Shown piece after piece: positions 13,016-24,213 of a DNA stretch of 64,000 bases. The notes under the pieces are model-generated. The model saw nothing but the letters and a program-made list of their open reading frames with translations, had not been told where the DNA came from and ran no database searches. Each line of letters starts with the position of its first letter. Within the stretch, counting starts at the first letter, position 1. A program made the translations under genes and the position numbers. The DNA is from Phallusia mammillata (taxonomy: Eukaryota), in the NCBI GenBank assembly GCA_965637545.1, contig OZ281499.1:16244001-16308000 (forward strand), given 5' to 3'.

Positions 13016-16000
13016 CTGTAAAGAAAAAACAGATGTCAAATTTTATGGCTCCAGTAATTTAACAGGAAATATTCAACTAAGAGCTCAAAGTTATAATTTT
13101 GAAAATATGTTTTTACCGCGTAGGCAACATTATGCCTCAATTTTCATGTCCCAGAAAAAAGTTTAAATTCCACTGTAACCGTATGAACCCGTTTAAATTA
13201 CCCACGGCTAAACACGTCTTAATTTGTGCGGAAGTTAGAGTTTTCGTTAGTTCAATACAGTTGAAAGGTAACACAGAGACGAAACCATTTCGCGTCTTCT
13301 ATTTTTGTTCTAAGTCATTCTATTTGTTGCAGGGTCACGGAATGTCATCTGATGTTACAAAATTTTGACCCAGTCACTTAATTTGTAATCAACGAACGTA
13401 AACGACGAAATACGTTTCTATTAGATGAACTTATCTATAAATACTATACTATGCTAATCTTAGCAAGTCGGCATTAATTGCATAGCTTGGGTAATCACAG
13501 TTGCAAGTCAATGCTGAGTATTCAAACGTGTTTAAACCTATTTTAAAATATGTGGCTTTTTTGCAGTTTAAAAAATCATCGCATTTTTTGGCTGACTATG
13601 CGTCGAAATTTAATCGCATTGTGAAAAGTACATACAAATAATTCCCTTGGGTGTCGCTGTTCAGTCAAAAACATGGGGTAAATAAAAAAAACCTAATTTT
13701 CTTCAAAACATACTGGACTTACCTATGAAGTCGCATGTGAGTCTTCAAGTTGCTTGTGGAACTGAAACGCTTGTGACAAACGCCACATTCGTGTGGTTTT
13801 TCTCCAGTGTGGACAAGGTGGTGTTTTTGAAGGTGGGCAAGTTGGGTAAAACCTTTGCCACATGTTTCACATTTAAACGGGCGTTCTCCGGTGTGAACTC
13901 GCAGATGAACCTTTAAATGGAAATATCGCATTTTATACACAATTTGTACAATTGCGATAAAATTCTGATCTTAAATACATTTTTATTGATGCAACATATG
14001 TCTTACTAATTATGGCATATTTTCTCCAAAAATAAATGCTATTTACAAGATTCTTAGGAAGTAAATGAACATGTAAGTTGCTTTACTTTAAATCAAATAT
14101 TTCTTCTTACCTTCAAGTTCGACAGTTGTCCAAATTTTTTGAAGCAGACATTGCACTCGTAAACAATCTTGCCGTTCTCCTTGCGAAGTGGGTAGGGAAG
14201 AGATTTGTAGCCCGAGTTTGGGCCACGTTTGCAGCGCATTGACCCCGAGCTTCCGTCGCTAAAAATATCAAACACAATGAATTAAAATATTGCACTTTAA
14301 ATCGATCTCAGGTGTCACATTTGAAAATCGAGACGAAACAAAACTTTTTGACAAAATGTTGAATAGGTGTTTTGGAAGTTTAACACAAAACAAGAATAAA
14401 AATAATGTCAGTGTTTCTTTTCTGTTATTGCTTGTTTTCTAAGCTTTGAACGCTCGTTTTTCATAACGATTTTTTGCATTGAAACTCAAAATTCAGAAAC
14501 GCTTTGTCACAAATAGTTACCTGTTGAGGGATGAGGTGTTGCTGTGGGTAGGAGACACCGACTTTGGGGGTGAAATGTTTGGGGTGAGAAAGTTTGCGAG
14601 CATTTGTGGGTTATGAGTGCTCTGGGTGTTCATGGCGTTATTGCAGAAATTGATGAACCCGGCACCGGGACTAGACGGGCTGCGTTCGTTGGACGTACGC
14701 CGCGATTGCGTTTGTTGCTGATTATGGTAAACGCTCTCTGTCGACTTTTCGCTGTGCCTTTGGTGTTCGCCTGTAATAAAAATTCAAAATGTGAAAAGTT
14801 GTTGTCATATTGATGTGCTATACTAGCACTTTTGGTTTGTCAAAGCTTTAAGTCGTTCTATAACCTCACACAGACATAGTGTTTTCCCGATAGTAAAAAA
14901 ATGGTTGCAACAGGAACAACGCGATATTTACAATGAAGACCTAGTGCCCGTGTTTGTTTGTACCATTCGTGGAATCAATGTTTTGGTTTGTAACGAGTAA
15001 TCAAGAGTGATTTAACTTACGTTCTCGGCGATGGTGCGTTGTTTCGGAAGGTCTCCATCCTGCTGGGGTTGTTGCTACTTGCGACTGAAAACGACAATCG
15101 GCTTGGTTCATACCTTCCGCCACGAATGGATTCATCCCTGCTTGTAAAGTCACCGGTAGTTTATGTTGACGTTTCTGGCTTCCTCGACACGACGCTGCCA
15201 GGAATTTTTGCCAACGGTCGCTGTTCAATGTTGATGCCATGTCCATAGGGTTGTACTGTGGTTTTGGTTGTTGCAAAACGCTGGCTGCGGCTGCTGCACT
15301 TCGAATGGCGTTGTCCCAGAACAATTTGCCCATTTGCATCATGTAGTAGTCGGTAGAAAGCATTGGCATGCCCATGGGAGGGAAGGGTGTGCGCAAAAAC
15401 GGGTTCGCTTGAGATTGAAGCTCCAGGTTTGAGGCGTTAAAACTCGGAGGTGAAACCTTTGCTTGTGGGCTACGTTGACATTTTGGAATAACTTCGGTTT
15501 TCCAGGGATGTGTTTCGCTCGTTGGAGTGGAGATCGATGCCGATTTCATTCGTTCGCTGATTTGTTGGAAAGAAGGGTTGCCATGTAACTTTTCCGACTT
15601 GGTTTCGTGTGCCATGTTGGCCAGTTTCGATTGGTATTGGTAAAATTGTTCACATAATTCAGCCCGAACTTTTTCATCACTTTTGCACTCTCCCAGTTGT
15701 TTAGCAAGCAGTGGGTTCGCTTCGGGTGTCGGCAAAGGCGGCTTGCCGGACTCTGGTGCGTGATTTCCCGCCGGACTGGCAAGCGAAGACTGTCTTGCGA
15801 GAAATTGTGAGTTCATTGCGTAAAGCAAACTTTGGTAGTACATAGGCAGCATGGAAAATGCCGGCATTTCCGCGCTGTCATCGGAGGAAGATTTTCTTAT
15901 CTCGGGGGACGTTTCTTTGCTTGTGAAAGTTGGCGACGACATCGGATCCCTGCAGGCTGACTGTTCAGGGCTTGGGCTACCGCTACCGTAACCACTGTCC

Positions 16001-16269
16001 GATGGGGAGGTTACGTTGTGGTCAAGCAACGACCTAACCGAGAAACTAATCGACTTTGGTTTTGGCTTGGGGGATTGCGGCACCTGTGTTTCAGTAGAGC
16101 GCCTTGGGTGCATGTTTGGCGCGTCCGTCATGGCTGTGGACTGCTGAGTGGCAGCGACCGACGCCATATTGTTGCCATTGATGTCTTCTTGCTTGCACGA
16201 TTTGCTTGAGATCGGGGCATTGCTGTAGGGTGCCCAGTGGCTCTCGTACGCTAGACGCTCGTCTTGCAT
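12910..16269 (-). CDS. PRDM1: Blimp1/PRDM1-like C2H2 zinc-finger transcriptional repressor lacking the PR/SET domain (spliced model ~646 aa)
   Basis: complement(join(15021-16269, 14521-14770, 14111-14258, 13723-13910, 12910-13015)); phases 1/2/0/2 are consistent. [96 protein letters not shown] is the Blimp1 finger 1-3 signature. The last exon is tentative. Confidence 0.9.
13723..13910 (-). CDS. PRDM1: PRDM1-like coding exon 4 (end of ZF1, ZF2, ZF3)
   Basis: Acceptor TTTCCATTTAAAG, donor AG|GTAAGT; encodes [12 protein letters not shown]...KTHMRLH. Confidence 0.95.
14111..14258 (-). CDS. PRDM1: PRDM1-like coding exon 3 (pre-finger motif and first half of ZF1)
   Basis: Acceptor GATATTTTTAG, donor AAG|GTAAGA; encodes [34 protein letters not shown]. 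Confidence 0.95.
14521..14770 (-). CDS. PRDM1: PRDM1-like coding exon 2 ([10 protein letters not shown]...SNTSSLN)
   Basis: Acceptor TTTTTATTACAG, donor AG|GTAACT; 250 nt, open in the frame required by both neighbouring exons (phase 1 to 2). Confidence 0.85.
15021..16269 (-). CDS. PRDM1: PRDM1-like coding exon 1 (416 codons; Ser/Pro/Gln-rich, eh1 motif, DSGYGS)
   Basis: ATG at 16269 with an in-frame TGA two codons upstream; acceptor TTTTGTTTTTTCGCAG ends at 16325; donor C|GTAAGT at 15020. Confidence 0.88.
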
Positions 16270-17214
16270 TGCTCAGTTATTAAATGTGTATCAAATGTAA
16301 GATGAAATTGTTCGGAAACGATATCTGCGAAAAAACAAAATTTGGTTAAAATTTCCAACACTCACTGTATTTGATAGCGTTGCTACATATTAAGCAGGTT
16401 TTATATCATTATGTATTACTTTCCGTTTTAAAAATAAGTAATACAGTGCGATAAAAACAACAAGCAGCTGAACATCATAAAATGTCCTGCCTCTTATTGG
16501 AATACAGTGCAACAATATATGAAGGCTTTGCGGATTTAGGCTGGCCGTTAACCATTAGCGTTTAGTTGACGAAGCTAGTTTGTGCAAGTTGTGCAAACTA
16601 TCTTATCTTGCCTTGTGTACATAAAAAGTCGATTTCGCACCATCGGTGTTGTTAGATATGAACGATACTCTGACCTTATGGACTCTTACTAAGCTAAATG
16701 AAGTCACTTATTTGTTCGAGATGAATAAATGTGTGTCAGATCCATATTATTGCCGCAAATGCCAGGTATATTTACAATTTTGGCGCAGTATTTAGTTTAA
16801 AATCAACCTAATTAGAGCCTCGTTTTCAATATGTTTATAATGCACATCATAACTTATCTAAATCGACAATGGAATTGATACAGTTTTTAAAACCTTTCAT
16901 ATCCTTTATAATATTCTAGCTGAAACCCAGAACCGAATTGCAGAAAAAAATGTTTTTTCCTGTGGACCTCGCCTCGTAGACACGCAGAACGAATGTACCA
17001 AACTGTCTGTGAGTTGCTAACTTTATACTGAACGCAACTGTTGCGCATAATTATTGCTACCGCTCCCTGCTAGTTTATAATGTCCAAGTGATTAGCACCA
17101 ATACATTTTGCTCGCCACACGACAAGTGCACAACTCTGCGGGGTTTCCAGCCAGGTAGCTGCTCTATTAATTGCCAACGATAGACGGGGCCCCTTTTTTC
17201 TATTTCTCGCTTAC

Positions 17215-17340
17215 CTAAAATGTTTCCGCTCCGTTCAGATACGGTGGGAGCGTTGTTTTTATCCTACTCCGCTTCTTCTCTCTTTCTATTCTCTTTGTTA
17301 AGGAGAGTGAAGAGCAAAGCAGCACGTGTGTGGCGGATTT
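17215..17340 (-). other. Possible non-coding 5' UTR exon of the PRDM1-like gene (5' boundary unknown)
   Basis: Donor-like TAG|GTAAGC at 17214 lies upstream of the acceptor at 16325. A further donor-like TCG|GTAAGT is at 18204. No transcript evidence. Confidence 0.3.
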
Positions 17341-20300
17341 AGGCACCGGCGTTTTGCTTATTTCTCTAATGTTTTGTGCAATTATAATAAACAGTATTAA
17401 TTTTCTCATTTCCGTACACATGATCACTGGCTTTTACAGGTTACAATTTGCCCTAGCATTTTTCGGTAAGGATTTTGTACACGCTTTTACGACACAAATG
17501 GGTGGGAAATTGAGCAGTTCAAATTTTCAACCACCTTATTTCAAAAATAAAATGCTCATTTTTAACAACAGGTTCTAGCTAACGATAATGCAGAGAATTT
17601 TATGGTTAATTGAGACATGTTTGTTGCTTCGGTCGGTTTACAGGTCAAAATTTGTAACATATTCTGATTGTCCATTTCCGATTGCAATAGTTGTGTTAGC
17701 CACATATCTGGGTCATTTTCGTTTTTTACTCCAATATTACGCAACCCTTTCACCTGTCATCAAATATAGCATTTCTGCTAACTCGCGATAGAGGAGGTCA
17801 GTTGTGGTACGGTTTGCACACAACATGTGACCTATGACCAGTGATAAGTTTGTTTTATCTTTATTATAAGGGTGTGGACGCATTTTTGTAAGGTGCTGCG
17901 CTGTGGAGGCAAGTATGCCCTTTAGTGGAGACATTGTTTAGTAAGTTTTGTTACATTTTTTTGTTACAAGATATATTTTATGATATATTTATGACATAGT
18001 AGGTTTAAGTTTTCTGCAAAATACGAAATTGTTTGATTTGAAATCTTTCTAAAACTCTTATCAATATTTTCGAAAATACATTTTTAAGCTTTTGCGAAAA
18101 GGGTAAACGTAACCTTGCCTGGATAGAGCTGTGTTGTTCTGAGAACGCGATGTGTTAGGATTGGCATTCTCGTTAGGTTAAACTCGAGAAAGTTAAACAC
18201 TTACCGAGTCGCTATCTCTCGGTTACTGTTTGCATGTTTGTAGAGATAATGACCAGTACGTTGCACCACAGGGAGCAAATGCACAGCAAAAAAACAGGCC
18301 AAGGGCCAGGCAGAAGCGCCACTTGTGCCTAATAACTTGTTTGTATATTCGCCCACTCAATGCGAAACAATAGACCTTTGGACAAAGGTGTGCAGGCCAC
18401 AGCGCTGACCGGGCAGCGAAAGCAAACACTAGCCCCGCAAATGCGATAAGAAAGTTATGGTTCGTTATCTCGGTAAGTGATAATGTGTGGCAAGTTTTGG
18501 ACGGAAACGCTTTATCTTCGTTCAGTGTTGTCGTTATTGTTGCATGGCGATAAGCGCTCTGCCACGTTGTTGCCATGTAGGAAGGACACAGATAACAACG
18601 CAGCCAAAGTCAATTTGCTCTGCACTGTCGACTCTATTGGGTTTGCAACCTGCTGTGGTAATTAACAAAGCTAACGGGCCACCTGTAAACAAGGCTTTTG
18701 ACACATTGTAACATGCTGTCCGATTTCCTGTAGTTTACACAGTAAAGAAAACTGTAACGGCCCAGGTTTACTGACTTGAGTGTTACCTATTATTGTGCAC
18801 TTTCTAACGGGGAATTCGCCACTGTCGTGTAGATAACAACATAAAGTAAAAATATGTGTTTACTATTTTGATAGTACGCTGTGTTGCTGCTATTGACTTT
18901 GTATCTGTAGTGTTTTTAAAGGTCGATGCTATTTGCTTTTGTTGTTTTGAGTCTGCGGTTTAGTAAATCTTGTTTGTAGATTCTATTAACCCACGAAGTT
19001 TACGAAACGTTAGGTAAAGATTTAGTTATCGTGAAATCCAAGCAAACACTACAGTACGTAGACTGACGTACCCAATCCACTAAACTTTTGTTTTTGTTTT
19101 TCCTAAACGCGCAATGTTGAACCGTTTACAATACACCTTTAATTTTGCCGAGAGCAAAGGCACATCTACGATTGACACATGCACTATTTCGGACTTGCTC
19201 ATTAAACAGTTTCTACAAACTACTTGACCATGTTTACGAGTGTGTTTTGTGGAAACGGTGCTTTCAAGTGCATGTGGCTGTGTAATCCATACGCTTTGTT
19301 GTGTTTGCGTTACATACTCTGAAGCACAATTGATCGAACAATAGCACTCTTCCAGACTGCATATGTTTAAACGCTATTAAATTTAAGGCACATTTTGGTC
19401 ACTACACAGCATATACAACTTATCAAGCGTGTTGCAATCATCTAACTTATACTATTCTTTAAAGTGGAATGTCATTTGGAAGAAAAGGCTTAGTAGCTGC
19501 CTACGCCTCAAACGCTGATTGAACCTTGCACTCAGTTACAACAACAAACTCAGGCATTGGTAGAAAAACTTTCGATTGCTGTTTCACCTCCATTGCCCGG
19601 GTGAATGTGGATTTATTCGGAAACGAGGTGGTTGGTGTAGTGCGTCATTTGACGGCGAATATGGAAGCCAATGCTTTTGTTTATCCGTTTAGAGCCGTTT
19701 TAACTTTGTGGCCTCTGGTATATCTCTCAATATTTCCGTCCAAGGGTTATTTGAGGGGATGTTTTTAAGACAAATAATTGAGAAAACATGATCAGGTTAG
19801 ATATACTTTCGCCTAAATCATGTATATATATATTTTTTTTGATTTTGGGGTTAAGCGTTTTAGTAGAATTATCAAGGCTATAGAAATATACTTGTGTCGG
19901 TGAATAAAATCCAAAGTAATAACCTCTATTAGAAACCTCAAAGTGGCCCAATGTCAAGGTATTTTATGATTTGGTCCGCATGTCGGTAATTTTGGCGTAG
20001 AACTCCCATTTACTCTGTACAAAATCTTTCATGGATTTTTCTTTACTTCTCTGGATGACAACCAATCGTGTTTCCTTGTTGCGACGCGTATTGCTTGTTT
20101 TGGGCAGTCGATAGAATGACACATTCGGTTTCTCGACAATGGGGAGATGTTGGCGCATGTAATTTGTTATGTAGCAATTTGGTCAAGTTTTCGCTTCTCG
20201 TTTTGCGGTGGGAAGAGGCAAGAAATTGCATCCGAAAACACGCAACGAGGCCACTCATGTAAAGAGGATGGGCTTTATAGCGTTCACGCAATTGTTTTTC

Positions 20301-23300
20301 ACACAAATGCTGATGATGTGGCGCTTGCATCGCTCTCTGAATGCACACAACACCGAATTAACACAACGCGTGTATTATTGCGCATTGCGCTCGCACACAT
20401 CTGTGTATTACCGATGATTGAATCACAATGCTCTTCGTAGAACTGTCTCCATTTTAAAACACGCGTGGCTTTTTCCCAGAAAGGCCTTCCCGTAGTGGAG
20501 CTATCATGGTGCGCTTTATTATCTTGTCTATCAAATATCGAATCAGGATTTGCGTTTTCCGGCGGCTGGATCGTTTGCCGTTTGTACAATGGAACAGGCA
20601 ATGATTATTTGAAGACGACCGCAGTTTCTTTTTAAATCATATTCCACACGCGTTTGCAATGGAACAAAAGGTGCATTGAACACTATTTCCTAGACCTAGC
20701 CCATTTAACCATATAGACACACATGTATACAAACCTTAATTGGACAGCTTTTGTTCGCAACGTTGCATCCTAGCATTTAAACAGTGCAATTTAATCTCAT
20801 GCACAGTGTATAGAAGGCCTAAAGCACGCTACCAGTTGACTACACGTGTTCGAGACCGGTGTTTTCCTTTTAATTGCGGAAAAAGAACACCTGAGGGTAT
20901 CGGACTTTACACATGTTGCGGCTTATGTTACAAGTAACTTGCCTAGCGTCCGGTTGCGCCTGCTGCAAGGCAATCGGGTGCTTTCGCCATTTTGCCTGTG
21001 TCCTAACAAGTGTAGAGCACGCATTGTTGCGTAACAATGCACGGCTTTGGATACGGAAGTTTAACAAGCCTTCGGTAACCGTGGCAATTCAACTGATATT
21101 TTGTCCAGCAGAATGTTGGAACACACTGTAGTTTCAGTTGGTCGAAACATTACATGCCAATTAAACGATATTTTGGTTTCGACTGTTTCGTTTTTGTCGA
21201 TACCGAACTGTTTGATGCAAAAACGACAAAGCTTCAAATTGCACAAATTTTGGGTAGTTGAAAAACAATTAGTTAGTTTTTTGTCGCTATCTTTGCTTGC
21301 AGACCAAAGCAACGACGTCAAAAATGTAAATATTTGTTCTGTGCATCTTGTTTTACCAAATGGCTTTGGTTACAAACAATTCGATCTGTATTATAAGTAT
21401 TCCTTAGTTTTGAAAACATTTATCAGGACGACGGTGCAACAATGCACTTCGTGTAGCCCAGGGTTCGGTAACCTTTTTTGTACTGCAGACCGTTTTAAAT
21501 TGAAGTCTTGTTCGCAGGCTGATCGTTGCCGAAAACTGATGTAACGGATTCACTATTCTGATTTGTCGTGTTTTTAAGAAAAAGAGTTTCGGTTTTAAAT
21601 GCAATTTTTGCCAAAACATTGACACCTACAACGTTTCAACTAGACACAAAACGAAACGTTTCAATTTTTGTGTGTTAACCGTTTTGATGTTTTCGTTTTC
21701 AACTTTTTAACGTACTTCAGCTTTACAGAAAAAAACAAACACGACAGAATGTATAAAAACAAAAACAAATTTTAGACGCCTGAATTATGGCAACACTATT
21801 GCATCAAGGTTTTAGCAAGTAAACAACAAATTTGGGCCATGACGACCGTGAGACAAAAGGTTTATTCATGACACGGCCTAAAAACTCAAACGCAAGTTTG
21901 TTATTACTTTTTAGTTTACAAGACGACACTGACTCATCGCCAGTAACATTGCTTATATTGTGTGCTTTAGGCGGCCTATATTTTGGAAAAGTTGTTCTAT
22001 TTAGTTTGCAGTTCAATCGAATGGTCTCCACCTCCGCTGTTTAATTTCCTAGATTAGATATACGGTTTACATTATTTTAGCATCGCTTTGGTTATATTTA
22101 ACAACAACGTTTTTATGTTTCCAGCGATAAAAGTTTGTGACCGATAAACCAAATTTATTCAGATTGTCTTTGGCAAACATAATGTTTTTGATTAATTTTG
22201 ATTCGATGGTTCGGCTTGCAAGAGAATCATTTAATTTCATAATGTTAAGTCGTGTACGGTGTATGTGTCGTGCTTAAGCGAGTGAAATGTTTTAATAATT
22301 TACCGATCAAATGCCAAAAGCACCCTTGGTGATCGTAAATCAGCTGGAAAACAAATAAAGGCAAAAAAGCGTTAACTAAAAATGCAAAACGTTTTATGAT
22401 TTGCGCCTATAGAAACAATCTGCCTTGTCGACTGCGCTTGTAACTTGACATTTCAACAACGTTTCAGATGCTCCCAGAACTTTTGCGCCAAACCAGCAAC
22501 CGCACTGATTAGTACCAAATCGAGATCAAATCAATCTATTTCATGCGGCACAAGCTTGTTTGGAAATGTGAAACTTGTCAGCATCAGGTAGGGTACAGTC
22601 GCCGTTCCATGTTCGTTTTGTGCTAAGAATCAGTCGCTGGCTGTCAAGCCGAATGCAGCGAACAAGTCGCCTGAGTTTCGTACGCCAGCGCTGTCGCTTC
22701 TTTACCGAGAAGTGGCAATAAAACGGTGGAAGTCACGGAAAAGTTGCCTCGCAGGTTTTGCGCCTTCCCACTAAACAAATGACCTCTGGTTTAAAGTTGC
22801 GAAACTTTTGCTGGCGAAAATTTGACGGCAAGTCGGGAACTTCGTTGAAACACGCCATCACGTTTTGCCGGCAGAGTTCCAACAAATCGCATACGACCTG
22901 CGCAGAAAACATGTAAAACGAGACCAGTTTAGCGTTTATTGCTATGCTACTGAGAAATCTTTATGTAACTTGTAACAATAACCGAGCACTCTGCAAATCA
23001 AACGCGTTTGTTGTTTGGTGTGTTGTTGTTCGCATAACTCAACAACACATACAATTTGCATGCGCTGTGTTGTTGACCACAATGATTTTAGCCACTGCGT
23101 TAACGATTTGGACATATCCGTGCTTTTTAAGTCCGCTATTTTAATATTGTTACTCGGTTGCTGTTAATTTATAAGGAAGTATTTAAAAGAACCCAAAATC
23201 CATTTACTTTTGATTGATTATTATTTGAATGGTATACTTACTAAATTCAAAGTTTGCAAGGCGATAAACGTGGCGGTTTAGGCAACCTAGCTACCGCACA

Positions 23301-24126
23301 TATTTCGAAAGTGCCCCTATGACCTGTCTTTCAGCCATGGCCGATTAAATCGGGTGTCGTATCTCATCCTTTCCGCGACACCTGTCCCTAATTCTCAAGA
23401 AGTTATTCGAAACCTCCACGGTTCGCTCGCATATTGGCCTTGCCCGTTTCCCTAATCGCTCATATTGGGACCGGGGCACTTTGAGTACCCAGGTATCGGG
23501 TGAAGGTATATCCCTACGTACATTTCGCCTTGGTTTCGTTCCGGGTCAAAACGTGGGTTGACATTCACACGCGAAGGCTGTTAGTAGTACTGACGACACG
23601 TCGGGCCTACAAAGCACCGTCAGTCGCTCGTGTAAGTTGGGTGCAATTGCACAATAAACTTTAGCCCAAACTTGTGTTGAGTTGTCGAACCCTGCACTAA
23701 AAAGATAACTCTACCTAATATGCAACCAATACTTGTCTCTTAATGGCGTGTTAGGACTATGTCGGGGCGTTTTATGCTAAACGACCTTTGGTTTTGCAAT
23801 AAATCCCCATAAACTGTTTTTTTTTGTCGAGCAGGGAGATGTTGGACTTTATATGCGGGTGATTTGTATATGCGGTTGTAAGGAATCCCTAAACGTAAAT
23901 GTCGCAACTGAAAAAACAACGATTAAACCACAGGATTTTTGGTGCCCGGCGTGACTTTCTTAAACCCTGTTTAGATTTTGTTTATGTCTATGAACGTCAT
24001 TTAGGAATACACTAATTTTTAAACGCAACAATCCCTGTTCAATGGTGATTAAGCAGGAAAGGTCCAAGGTTTGCATGTTGGCGATATGTTGATCAAACCT
24101 CGCGCAACAAAAGTTATTTTTGAGAG

Positions 24127-24213
24127 GCGTGAGAAAACGTTTCGTTGCGGGAGCCCAGAAGCTTGTTGATGTCAAAATTTAGGAAACGGAATTCAATCAG
24201 CCGTGGACGACCC
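24127..24213 (+). promoter_or_regulatory. Duplicated putative cis-regulatory module, copy A
   Basis: GCGTGAGAAA (CSL/Su(H)-type GTGAGAA core) followed, 35 bp from its start, by a 52-bp core (24162-24213) that is 45/52 identical to 28550-28601; the core has tandem GGAA (ETS-type) sites. Confidence 0.55.

Noticed and set aside
12077-13177. Tc1/pogo-like TIR pair TACAGTGGA…TCCACTGTA
   Set aside because: Only 9 bp match, with no further TIR similarity; the interval contains the likely last Prdm1 exon.
19490-19600. Plus-strand peptide LPTPQTLIEPCTQLQQQTQALVEKLSIAVSPPLPG
   Set aside because: No start codon, splice context or homology.
21101-21544. 147-aa ORF and the other 60-140 aa ORFs in 1-12 kb and 17-39 kb
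   Set aside because: Mostly TTG/GTG starts (a bacterial-style caller on eukaryotic DNA), Phe/Leu/Cys/Lys-rich composition typical of AT-rich noncoding DNA, and no domains or exon chains.
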